This document shows, in pieces, positions 1 to 8,700 of a stretch of 64,000 nucleotides of DNA. The stretch's first letter is position 1. Every line of letters starts with the position of its first letter. The stretch covers positions 1,504,312-1,568,311 of the forward strand of contig OZ241989.1 of the NCBI GenBank assembly GCA_965204495.1. Direction: 5' to 3'. The stretch comes from Candidatus Hopanoidivoransaceae bacterium (GTDB lineage: Bacteria > Actinomycetota > Acidimicrobiia > Acidimicrobiales > Hopanoidiivorantaceae). The notes under the pieces were generated by a model, which was not told the DNA's origin, made no database searches, and worked only from the letters and a program-made list of their open reading frames with translations. A program made the translations under genes and the position numbers.

Positions 1-1274
1 CCGACATTCGCACTGGGCTGGCTACTGGGCGCGACGAGTCAGACGGTGGCGACGGAGCGGCAGCCATTTTGGTGGGGGCAGAGAGTTCAGCGGGGGCGAC
101 CAGAGCGGCAGGCGGTCTGGCTGAGAGTGCAGAGGGGTCTGGGGGCCAAGAAGGGTCTGGGAGTTTGGCGGGGGGCGAAAGTTTAGCGGGGGGCGAGAAC
201 TCAGCCGCGCCGCTGCTGGCTGAGTGCATAGCTCAAGCTTCTGCCACTGAAGAGTTCACCGACCGCTGGCGCACACCAGGCGATGTCGGCGCGAAGCAAT
301 GGGAGGAGCGGTTCGCTGAGTCTGTGTATGTGCCGCTGTTTGAGAAAGCCTGGGCACAGGCTATGGAACAGGTGGGGCAGGCTGGCGCGGAGCAAGCTGA
401 AGCGGGGCAAGCAGAACAAGCTGGAGCAGGGCAAGCGGGGCAGGCTGGGGGAGAGCAAGCTGGCGCAGAGCAAGCAGCCGCCAAGATAGATGTGGCTGTG
501 GTGGCGGGCACTCACTCCCGCTCGGTGCGGAGAGTGGCATCGGGGCTGGCATCAGGGCATAAAGCAGAACGAGTAGCAGCTGACCTGTCGGACTCAATCG
601 GCAACACCGGCACGGCACATTCGCTGCTGCTGCTGGCGCACGAGCTGGAGCAGGCCGAGCCAAATCAAACCATCGCGGTGGTGTCGCTCATAGACGGCGT
701 GGATATTCTGGTGTTCCGCACCACCGAAGCGATAGCCAGCCATGCAGCATCGCGCCCGCTGTCGGCACAGATTGCAGCAGGCGGGAAGGTGAGCTACGGG
801 AAGTTCCTGAATTGGCGAGGGCAGCTTCAAGTCCAGCCGCCTAATCGCATGGAGCCTGAGCGTCCGTCTATGTCGGCAGCGGCCCGCAGCGGCGACTGGA
901 AGTTCGGCTTCGTGGGTTCGCAGGGGCAGGAGAGCGGCACTGTCCATCTGCCGCCGGCGCGGGTTTCCATCCGAGACGAAGACGCTGCCGATGCTATGGA
1001 TCCGATCGCTATGGCAGATGTGCCAGCGAAGGTGGTTACATACACGGTGGATCGGCTGGTGTATTCGGTGAGCCCGCCTGTGGTGTTCGCCATCGTAGAT
1101 TTTGAAGGCGGCGGACGGCTGCCTGTGGAGATGACCGATGTGGAACCCGACGAGGTGGAGGTAGGGATGCCTGTGGAGATGACTTTCAGGAAGCTGTATT
1201 CGTCTGACGGCATACAGAACTACTTCTGGAAAGCTCGCCCGGTGCGAGGTGAGGCTCAGAAGCGGCAAGGCTAG
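1..1274 (+). CDS. thiolase-fold (HMG-CoA synthase/KAS-III-like) protein fused to a C-terminal DUF35 OB-fold domain; 5' end outside window
   Basis: Frame 3 is open from the window edge (DGGDGAAAILVGAE, GNTGTAHSLLLLAHEL). It ends in a DUF35-type OB fold (VVTYTVDRLVYSVSPPVVFAIVDFEGGGRLPVEMTD). It lies directly upstream of a thiolase gene, as in HMGCS/thiolase/DUF35 sets. It contains a Q/A/G/E low-complexity insert (nt ~370-480). Confidence 0.7.
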   Translation, partial: DIRTGLATGRDESDGGDGAAAILVGAESSAGATRAAGGLAESAEGSGGQEGSGSLAGGESLAGGENSAAPLLAECIAQASATEEFTDRWRTPGDVGAKQWEERFAESVYVPLFEKAWAQAMEQVGQAGAEQAEAGQAEQAGAGQAGQAGGEQAGAEQAAAKIDVAVVAGTHSRSVRRVASGLASGHKAERVAADLSDSIGNTGTAHSLLLLAHELEQAEPNQTIAVVSLIDGVDILVFRTTEAIASHAASRPLSAQIAAGGKVSYGKFLNWRGQLQVQPPNRMEPERPSMSAAARSGDWKFGFVGSQGQESGTVHLPPARVSIRDEDAADAMDPIAMADVPAKVVTYTVDRLVYSVSPPVVFAIVDFEGGGRLPVEMTDVEPDEVEVGMPVEMTFRKLYSSDGIQNYFWKARPVRGEAQKRQG

Positions 1275-1450
1275 GGCTGTGGTTCTAAGTCTGAGAAATT
1301 TGAAAGCTACGAAACTGAGGCAGCGAGAAGCAACGAAACTAAAGCAGCGAGCTAGGGAGAAGCGGTGAAACTGAGAGAAGTTAGGGCTGTGAGGCTGAGA
1401 CGAGAAACCGAAGAGCGACACCAAAAGCGACACCGAAAGGAAATCAAGCT

Positions 1451-2740
1451 ATGAGCGGCAAGGAAAACAGCGGCACGAGCAGCCCTCAAGACAACAGCAG
1501 AAGCAGCACCAAAGCCAGCACCAAGCACAGCACCAGCGGCACAAAAGGCAGCAACAAACACAGCATCAAGGACAAGGTCGCAATCATCTCCATGGGCTGC
1601 ATCCCGTTCGGCGAGCTTTGGGACAAGAGCCAAGACGACATGCTCGTGGAAGCCACCCAGCTTGCCTTCGACCAGGCAAATCTCACCAAGCACGACATTG
1701 ACGCCTACTGGGTCGGCACCGCCACCGGCGGCAACGGCGGCTATGTGCTCTCTGCGCCCCTGAAGCTGCACGGCAAGCCCGTGACCAGAGTGGAGAACTT
1801 TTGCGCCACAGGCTCCGAAGCCCTGCGCAACGCCTCATACGCCGTGGCATCGGGCGCATATGACATAGCCATGGCTGTGGGCGTGGAAAAGGTGAAAGAC
1901 AGCGGCTATCAGGGGCTGGTCGGCGGGGGCACATGGCATGACGGCACCAAGCGCAATCTCACCGCCGCCGCTATGTACAGTCTCGTGCTGCCCGCCTACG
2001 CCGAGAAATACAAAGTAGACCCCGAAGAGCTGCGCTACGCCGTAGCCAAAGTGGCAGAGAAGAACCACCGCAACGGAGCAGCCAACCCCCTGGCCCAGTT
2101 CCGCAGAGAAACCTCGGCCGAGCAGATATGCGACATGCCCGCTGTGGCCGGGCGGCTTTCCGTGTTTGACTGCGCAGGAGTGGCAGACGGGGCGGCGGCT
2201 GCCATCGTGGTGCGAGCCGAAGACGCCCACAGCTACTGCGACAACCCTCTCTACATAAAAGCTCTGGCGTTCGTTTCGGGCACGGGGGCGGGCTTGATAG
2301 ACCCAGCCTACGACTACACCACATTCCCAGAGTGCGAGATGGCGGGCGCCGAAGCGTATCGTCAAGCCGGAGTGACCGACCCTCGCTCTGAGATCGCTCT
2401 AGCCGAAGTGCACGACTGCTTCACGCCCACCGAGATGGTGCTCATGGAAGACTTGGGGTTCTGCGAGCGGGGCACGGCGTGGAAAGAGATACTGGCGGGC
2501 ACTTTTGACATAGGCGGCGAGCTGCCCGTTAATACCGACGGCGGGCTCAAGGCTTTCGGGCATCCTGTGGGGGCTTCGGGGTTGCGGATGCATTATGAGT
2601 GCTGGTTGCAGTTGCGGGGGGAGGCGGGGGAGCGGCAGGTGGACCTGCAGGGGCGGAAGCTTGGGATGGTGCATAACTTGGGCGGCTACCCCGGAGAGAT
2701 GGTTAGCTTTGTTTCTGTTCTGGGGAATGAGTTGGGGTAG
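1451..2740 (+). CDS. SCP2-type thiolase / acetyl-CoA acetyltransferase-like protein
   Basis: 429 aa with thiolase motifs (VENFCATGSEALRNA, GGLKAFGHPVGASGLRM, NLGGYPG). The N-terminal ~35 aa is an S/T/K-rich low-complexity extension. Confidence 0.85.
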   Translation: MSGKENSGTSSPQDNSRSSTKASTKHSTSGTKGSNKHSIKDKVAIISMGCIPFGELWDKSQDDMLVEATQLAFDQANLTKHDIDAYWVGTATGGNGGYVLSAPLKLHGKPVTRVENFCATGSEALRNASYAVASGAYDIAMAVGVEKVKDSGYQGLVGGGTWHDGTKRNLTAAAMYSLVLPAYAEKYKVDPEELRYAVAKVAEKNHRNGAANPLAQFRRETSAEQICDMPAVAGRLSVFDCAGVADGAAAAIVVRAEDAHSYCDNPLYIKALAFVSGTGAGLIDPAYDYTTFPECEMAGAEAYRQAGVTDPRSEIALAEVHDCFTPTEMVLMEDLGFCERGTAWKEILAGTFDIGGELPVNTDGGLKAFGHPVGASGLRMHYECWLQLRGEAGERQVDLQGRKLGMVHNLGGYPGEMVSFVSVLGNELG

Positions 2741-2776
2741 GGGTTTGCTTGGAACTTGCTGGCTTTGTAGGTTGTT

Positions 2777-2878
2777 GCTATTGCACGGCGGGCAACGGCG
2801 CATCTTTTTATGCTCAGACACGCAAGCGAACTCGCCTAAAAAGACACGCCGTCCCCCGCCTTACCCTGGAACTCGCAG
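2777..2878 (+). repeat. dispersed intergenic MITE/REP-like repeat, full copy
   Basis: Core is GGGCAACGGCGCATCTTTTT-(~30 nt)-AAAAAGACACGCCGTCCCCC, i.e. imperfect ~20 nt inverted termini. Near-identical copies occur at 14372-14455 (inverted) and 28602-28683. Confidence 0.8.
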
Positions 2879-2950
2879 CAGTTTTGCCTTGGAATTCGTA
2901 AGAGTCTTACCCTTGGAACTAGAAGCCGCCCTGCCGTGGAAAATAGATAA

Positions 2951-3667
2951 TTGAGCGAGTCTCTCTTTCTGCTGGCTGCGGCTATTATTCTTGTCGGGGC
3001 GACTATTCAGGGGGTGGCGGGGTTCGGCATGAATGTGCTGGGGGCGCCACTGCTGTTTTTGATTGAACCTTCGCTGGTGCCGGGGTCTATCATTCTGGCG
3101 GCTCTGCTGCATACTGTGCTTTCGGCTTGGCGGGAGCGGGGGGAGATCAACTTTCGGATGGTGTCTTGGATGTTCGCCGGCACGATACCTGGCATTATCG
3201 CAGGGGCTTTGGCGCTCAGGGTTTTGACCGAAAACGGGTCGGCTCTGCTGATCGCCATCGTGATCCTCTCGGCTGTGACGATCATGACTTTCGGGCTGGT
3301 GCCGCCGTTCAACCGAGGCACAACGGCAGCTACAGGGCTGGTGGCCGGATTTTCGGGTTCTACATCTGCAGTCTCGGGGCCGGTGGTGGCTTTGTTCTTG
3401 TCGCAGATGCCGGGGCCGCAGCTGCGCAGCACTATGGCAGCTTATTTTCTGATTTCAGGATCTATCTCTTTGGTGACGCTTTCCCTGGTGGGCGAGTTCG
3501 GCGCGCAGCAGTTCGCCAGAGGCTTGCTGCTCTGGCCGCCCGTAGGCATAGGGTTTTTGCTGTCTTCGCCTCTGCGGAAATACTTGGATCGCGGCTATGT
3601 GCGCCCCGCCATCCTGACGATTTCGTCTTGCGCGGCAATCTCGCTGCTAGTGCGAGCCTTGGTCTAG
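2951..3667 (+). CDS. TSUP (TauE/SafE) family membrane transporter
   Basis: 238 aa polytopic membrane protein. The N-terminus GATIQGVAGFGMNVLGAPLL and a repeated half are typical of TauE/SafE. The start is TTG and is uncertain. Confidence 0.7.
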   Translation: MSESLFLLAAAIILVGATIQGVAGFGMNVLGAPLLFLIEPSLVPGSIILAALLHTVLSAWRERGEINFRMVSWMFAGTIPGIIAGALALRVLTENGSALLIAIVILSAVTIMTFGLVPPFNRGTTAATGLVAGFSGSTSAVSGPVVALFLSQMPGPQLRSTMAAYFLISGSISLVTLSLVGEFGAQQFARGLLLWPPVGIGFLLSSPLRKYLDRGYVRPAILTISSCAAISLLVRALV

Positions 3668-3764
3668 AGAGAAAAAGACAGGATCAAGACAACAGGATCA
3701 AGACATTGGAATTTTGACTAGAAATCTGACAGCAGGTTTGCGAGCTTTACGATACAATGGCTTC

Positions 3765-4001
3765 ATGGGCAAGAAAAGAAAGATATTCATTCTGTCAGCC
3801 TTGGCTGCTGGCATAGCCATCTTCTTCGGGCGCAAGCGCATGCGCTCCAAGGCAGATGATGCCGCCAGCGAAGGCGACTGGACACCCGACGAAGACGCTG
3901 CTGAAGACACCGCTCCCAGCGACAGTTCTGCCAGCGCAGACGCCGAGGGCAGTGCCGCAGAAGAAGATTCTGAAGAGGATTCTGAAGAGACAGGTGGCTG
4001 A
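3765..4001 (+). CDS. small hypothetical protein: one TM helix plus an acidic tail
   Basis: MGKKRKIFILSALAAGIAIFFGRKR is followed by a D/E/S/A-rich tail. The start is placed at the internal ATG. No homolog recognised. Confidence 0.4.
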   Translation: MGKKRKIFILSALAAGIAIFFGRKRMRSKADDAASEGDWTPDEDAAEDTAPSDSSASADAEGSAAEEDSEEDSEETGG

Positions 4002-4110
4002 TAGGAAGGCTGGCTGAAGGCGGCTAACAGCTAGCCAGAACTAACAGCTAGCCAGCAGTTCTAACTGTTCTATTCAGTAGTTCTATTCAGCATCTCTAGC
4101 CGGCAGGTAT

Positions 4111-5700
4111 CTAGCCGGCAGGTTCAGCTTTGGGCGGCAGGTTGATAGCTCGCACCTGTCTGACAGCAGCCAGATTTCGCAGCTTTTCCACAGTTTCGCT
4201 GTCGGCTGGCTTGTCGGTGGCCAGCAGGATCAACGCTTCGTTATCTTCGGCGACAGCGCCCACATCCATGTCTGAGATATTGATGCCCATCTCGCCCATG
4301 ACCTGGCCGATGGCCCCGATGACGCCGGGCTTGTCGTCGTTGCGTATGACCACCATGTGATCCGAGGGGGGCTGATCCACTCGGTGGCCTTCCAGCCAGA
4401 TGATGCGAGGCTCCGCTCGCACGCCCAGCAAAGCCCCGCCCACTCCGTGCCCGCCGCCTCGCAAAGTCACCTCGCTCACATAGTCTTTCGGGGCGGAGGT
4501 GTTGATGGCCCGAACTTCCAGCCCTCGGCTGCGGGCGATCTCTTCGGCATTCACATAGGAAACAGGGTCGTCGCAGACAGGGCTGAGCAAGCCGGTGAGC
4601 ATCGCCAGCATCCCCATCTTGGTGTCCACTTCGCCGATGAGTCCGCTGAATTCTATTTCCACCGTGTCGGGAAGGTTGCGAACGAGCGAACCGAAGATGC
4701 CGCCCAGAGTCTCGCACAGGGGCAGATACGGCAGAAGCTCTTCGGGGGTCTGGGCGGCGTGGATGTTCACGGCGAAGCGGGGCAGCTTGCCGGCCAGCAT
4801 GTTCCCGACTTGGGTAGCCACCGACACGCCCGCCTTCTCCTGCGCTTCCTTGGTGCTGGCTCCCAGATGCGGAGTCACGACCACACCCGGCAAGCCCAGC
4901 AGAGGCGAGCCTGCGGGCGGTTCCTCGTCGAACACATCTAGGGCCGCTCCAGCAACAACGCCGGCTTTGATGGCCTCGGCCAAGTCGGCCTCGTTGATGA
5001 TGCCCCCGCGCGATACATTCACTATCCGCAGCGTCGGCTTGGCTTTAGCTAGAAGCTCGGCGTTGACCATGCCAGTGGTCTCAGGGGTCTTGGCCACATG
5101 CAAGGTGATGAAATCCGCCTCTGCGAAAATCTCTTCTAAAGTCTTCGGCTCGGCACCCAGCTGGCGGAATCGGTCAAAAGATATATAAGGGTCGTAGGCG
5201 ACTATTCGCATGTGAAACGCCGCTGCTCGTTCGGCGATTAGCTGGCCGATCTGCCCGAAGCCCACGATGCCCAGAGTTTTCTCGGAAAGCTCTACGCCTT
5301 GGAACTGCGATCGGTTCCAGCCTCCGCCCACCAGATCGGCATGAGCTTGAGGAATGTGTCGGGCTTGGGAGAGAATCAGCCCCAAAGTGTGCTCGGCTGC
5401 GGAAATGGCATTGGCCCTGGGAGCATTCACCACCACGACGCCCCTAGCGGTGGCAGCTTCGGTGTCTACATTGTCCACTCCGATGCCGGCGCGTGCGATG
5501 ATCTTGAGCTGCTCGGCCGCAGCCAGCACTTCTTCTGTGACCTGAGTCTGCGAACGCACGATGAGCGCATCGCAGTCGGCCACGGCTTCCAGCAGCTCGG
5601 CAGGTTCAAGACCAAGCCGCACATCCACCAGATGCCCGGCCTCGCGCAGCTGCTCCAAGCCCGGCTCGGCGATTTTTTCGGCTACCAGAACTTTTGCCAT
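4111..5700 (-). CDS. serA: D-3-phosphoglycerate dehydrogenase with C-terminal ACT domain
   Basis: Has the NAD-binding motif GIVGFGQIGQLIA, 2-hydroxyacid dehydrogenase core motifs, and a long C-terminal ASB/ACT region. The start is set at MAKVLVAEK (ATG 5700) rather than the ORF-track start. Confidence 0.9.
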   Translation of the reverse strand: MAKVLVAEKIAEPGLEQLREAGHLVDVRLGLEPAELLEAVADCDALIVRSQTQVTEEVLAAAEQLKIIARAGIGVDNVDTEAATARGVVVVNAPRANAISAAEHTLGLILSQARHIPQAHADLVGGGWNRSQFQGVELSEKTLGIVGFGQIGQLIAERAAAFHMRIVAYDPYISFDRFRQLGAEPKTLEEIFAEADFITLHVAKTPETTGMVNAELLAKAKPTLRIVNVSRGGIINEADLAEAIKAGVVAGAALDVFDEEPPAGSPLLGLPGVVVTPHLGASTKEAQEKAGVSVATQVGNMLAGKLPRFAVNIHAAQTPEELLPYLPLCETLGGIFGSLVRNLPDTVEIEFSGLIGEVDTKMGMLAMLTGLLSPVCDDPVSYVNAEEIARSRGLEVRAINTSAPKDYVSEVTLRGGGHGVGGALLGVRAEPRIIWLEGHRVDQPPSDHMVVIRNDDKPGVIGAIGQVMGEMGINISDMDVGAVAEDNEALILLATDKPADSETVEKLRNLAAVRQVRAINLPPKAEPAG

Positions 5701-5746
5701 GACTTCTACTGTAGATATTTTTCGCAAGTAAGGCTAGCCCGATTTC
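5681..5746. repeat. direct repeat copy A (serA start/promoter block)
   Basis: gctaccagaacttttgccat...tgtagatatttttcgca...ggctagc..gattt recurs at 8635-8700 at roughly 80% identity. Confidence 0.85.
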
Positions 5747-8654
5747 AGGTGATGCCTGCGTGGCAGCTGTTTATGCTGGCGTCTGTGCCTATTGTGTTTT
5801 CCAAGGCAGAGGGTATTTCTGCTTGGCGGTTTCCTTTGAGGCAGACGATGCCTGCGGAAGAGCGGCAGAATGCTACGGATTTGTCGGCTTCCGTGATGCT
5901 GTCTGCTGTGCTGTGGCGGAGAGGGGCGAATCCGAGCATCGAGCAGATCATGTTCTGCCTGTCCAATGCCGGTGCTGAGGTCTGCGGGCGGGCGGAGATC
6001 GCTATGGAGACTCGCCCTCTGAGAGCGTGCCCGCCTGAGGATGTGTAGGGGATGGTGAAGGCGGCCGTGCCGGCGGCGTCTCCTGCGGTGATTTTGTAGC
6101 TGCAGCCTGTGTTGGTGATGCGGGTGATTTTGGCATCGCGGTCGGCGGCGTTCGCGCAGGTTATGTCGTAGGCGCCGTCTGTGGCGTAGCTGGCAGCGTT
6201 TATGGTCATAGTGCCGCCAGCGGTCATAGACAGATCGCTGGGCGCGGTGAAGACGATTGTGGAAGCAGCGCCTATTTCTATGCTTATGACGCCGTTTTGG
6301 GTGTGTCCGCCTGAAGAGGTGTAAGGCACGGTGAAAGTCGCTGTGCCTGTGGCGCCGGTGGGCGTGACGGAGAAATCGCAGATTTTGGGATTCGGGCGCG
6401 CAACGGTTATCTTGCTGTCCACGCTGATGGCGTTGCCGCAGGTGATGTAGTAGTTGCCGTCTGAGGCGTAGTCGCTGGCATTCAAAGCGAGGGTGCGGTT
6501 GGTTCCCAGTTTGAGTCCTGTGGGCGCGGTGTAGGAGATGGTGGAAGCCGGGCCTATTTCTATGGTGAAGACTCCGCTTGTGGAGCCGCCGCCGGCGGAG
6601 GTGTAGGGCAAGGTGAAGCTGGCAATGCCTTGAGCGCCTGTAGGCGTGACGGTGAAGACGCAATTCCTCCGGCTGAGGCTGATCTTGGAATCCACATCTG
6701 TAGTAGTTCTGCAGGAGATTCTGTAGCCGCCGTCGGACGCGTAATCCCGACCATTGATCGTGAGAGTCCGGTTCGTGGCCAGCTGAAATTCGTCGGGCTC
6801 AGAGAAGACGAGAACAGAAGGCGGCGGAGGGCTGATTCGGATGGAAATCATGCCGCCTGTGGTGTATCCGCCTGAGGAAATATAAGGAACTCTGAAGGCG
6901 GCAATGCCGACCGAGGAACCCGCTCGGATCGTATAGCTGCAGCCTTTGCGCGTTACGGTGATTTTGCTGTCTATGCGGCGGGTGTCAAGACAGAAGAGAG
7001 CGAGGTCGCTGTCTGCCAGCGTTGCGTACGAAGAGGCGTCTATGGTGATGCTTCGGTTTGGTGCTACAGCTAGGGCTATAGGAGGGGTAAAATTGATGGC
7101 GCCATTGATGTTGTCCGTCAGCTTGGCTCCTATAGCAATATTGACAGATGCTGTGGCCCCGCCGGAGGAGGAGTAGCCGACTGCGAGGTTCAAGTCTCTT
7201 GACGAGTAGCTGGGACCGGATTGAAATTTAATGATGCACCCGTTGCGACTGACTTTTAGGGTAAAAGCAGCTGCAGCTCCTGAAAATCTGTGGCTTGTGC
7301 ATGTGATGTCGTAGTCGCCGTCTGTGGCATAGCGGGCGGCGTCTATAGTTATGACTCGGTCTCTTCGGATCAGAAATTGAGGATTGCTGGCCAAGGTGAT
7401 GCTGGAGGCGGTGCCGATGGTTAGGGAGACCACGCCGCTGTGAGTGTCGCCGCCGGAGGAGGTGTAGGGCACGGTGAAAGTGGCGATGCCAGCAGTGCCG
7501 CCTGCGGTTATTGAGACAGAGCAGCCGGCGTCGTTGATGCTGTCGATGGGAGCATGGGATCGGATGTTGGCGATGAGAGCATGGGATTGTCTGATGGTTC
7601 CGCACGAAATAGTATCGCTGCCGTCTGAAGCATAATCGGCAGCATTGATCCGTATAGTGCTGTAGATGCCCACAGACAGACCCGCAGGCGCGGTATAGAC
7701 GATGTGGGAGGCAACTATTGTGATGTCTATCCTGTCCGTGCGAGCGCTGCCGCTTGCAGAAGTGTAGGGCACGCTGAAGCTGGCTCTGCCTGTGGTGTTG
7801 CCTGCGGTTATGTTATAGACGCAGCCGTTGCGGGAGCTGACGGTGATCTTGGAATCCACAGCAGTCGCATCGCCGCAGAACACAGGATAGCCGCCTTGAT
7901 CGTAGGCGTAGCTGCCCGCGTCAATCGTGATAGTGCCGCCCGTGCGCACTCTGAGATTGGATACGCGCTGATAGAAAAGGACGGACGAAGGGCCGATAAT
8001 GAGAGGAATGACGCCTGTCTGCTCGTCTCCGCCAGAGGAGTGGTAGCGCACCGTCACTGTGGCCGCGCCTTGAGTAGAGCCGGCCCACACCCTGAAGCTG
8101 CAGCCAGTTGCGGTTACCGAGGCGAGGAGTCGGTGCCGGTTAGCCGGGTTGGCATTGAAGCTGCATGTTATGGCATAGTCGCCGTCTGTGGCATAGCCGG
8201 AGACATCAATTATTTTAGATCTGCCTGTACCTATGGGTATGCTCGCTGGAGCGGTGAAAGTGATATCGGAAGCAGCGGTGATAGCTATCGTGAAGGTCGC
8301 GCTGTGAGTGTCGCCGCCAGAAGAAGTCAAAAGGGTGGTGAAGGTGGCATTGCCCGTCGGGGCAGTGGCTGAGGCATTGACGGTGAAAAAGCAGCTGTTG
8401 GCGGCATTTTGGGCAACGGTGATCCTGGTGGAATCCACAGCAGTGGGAGCTCCGCAAGTGAAAGTGTTGGAGCCGTCTCTGGCAAAGCCTGCAGCGTAAA
8501 TGATGTAGCCTGTTCGCCCTGCTGGAATCGTGAGGTTGGTAGGGGCGGTGAAAACGATGTTGGAAGTCTGCGCTGATGCTTGGTCGGCAAATGAGGCGGA
8601 TGCCGTAAATAGCACCGATCCGAACAAAGCCAGAGCTACCAGAACTTTTGGCAT
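5745..8654 (-). CDS. secreted protein with ~9 tandem Ig-like/adhesin-type repeats (~95 aa each)
   Basis: Signal peptide MPKVLVALALFGSVLFTASASFA. It is followed by a reiterated unit: TFTAP..L....G.T.TI.A..YA.DG.Y.ITCG....VDSKITV.....C.F.VT..GA.G.A.FTVPYTSSGG.T..GVISI.IG. The last ~85 aa are non-repeat. Confidence 0.75.
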   Translation of the reverse strand: MPKVLVALALFGSVLFTASASFADQASAQTSNIVFTAPTNLTIPAGRTGYIIYAAGFARDGSNTFTCGAPTAVDSTRITVAQNAANSCFFTVNASATAPTGNATFTTLLTSSGGDTHSATFTIAITAASDITFTAPASIPIGTGRSKIIDVSGYATDGDYAITCSFNANPANRHRLLASVTATGCSFRVWAGSTQGAATVTVRYHSSGGDEQTGVIPLIIGPSSVLFYQRVSNLRVRTGGTITIDAGSYAYDQGGYPVFCGDATAVDSKITVSSRNGCVYNITAGNTTGRASFSVPYTSASGSARTDRIDITIVASHIVYTAPAGLSVGIYSTIRINAADYASDGSDTISCGTIRQSHALIANIRSHAPIDSINDAGCSVSITAGGTAGIATFTVPYTSSGGDTHSGVVSLTIGTASSITLASNPQFLIRRDRVITIDAARYATDGDYDITCTSHRFSGAAAAFTLKVSRNGCIIKFQSGPSYSSRDLNLAVGYSSSGGATASVNIAIGAKLTDNINGAINFTPPIALAVAPNRSITIDASSYATLADSDLALFCLDTRRIDSKITVTRKGCSYTIRAGSSVGIAAFRVPYISSGGYTTGGMISIRISPPPPSVLVFSEPDEFQLATNRTLTINGRDYASDGGYRISCRTTTDVDSKISLSRRNCVFTVTPTGAQGIASFTLPYTSAGGGSTSGVFTIEIGPASTISYTAPTGLKLGTNRTLALNASDYASDGNYYITCGNAISVDSKITVARPNPKICDFSVTPTGATGTATFTVPYTSSGGHTQNGVISIEIGAASTIVFTAPSDLSMTAGGTMTINAASYATDGAYDITCANAADRDAKITRITNTGCSYKITAGDAAGTAAFTIPYTSSGGHALRGRVSIAISARPQTSAPALDRQNMICSMLGFAPLRHSTADSITEADKSVAFCRSSAGIVCLKGNRQAEIPSALENTIGTDASINSCHAGIT
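6000..8560 (-). repeat. tandem coding repeats (~285 nt period) inside the Ig-like repeat gene
   Basis: The peptide unit recurs about nine times in the 5745-8654 translation. Confidence 0.8.
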
Positions 8655-8700
8655 CGCTTCCTATTGTAGATATTTTTCGCAGATATGGCTAGCATGATTT
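8635..8700. repeat. direct repeat copy B (start region of repeat-protein gene and amidohydrolase gene)
   Basis: Partner of 5681-5746. It contains the start codons of both divergent genes (MPKVLVA on the minus strand, ATGGCTAGCATG on the plus strand). Confidence 0.85.

Noticed and set aside
5734-6663. 309-aa Arg/His-rich ORF on the minus strand
   Set aside because: It is an alternative frame inside the Ig-like repeat gene. Its composition (RHRR runs) is not protein-like.
6000-8560. Regular repeat periodicity, considered as a possible CRISPR array (also 23924-25979)
   Set aside because: The periods are ~285 nt and ~155 nt and lie within long open reading frames. There is no short repeat/unique spacer structure and no cas genes.
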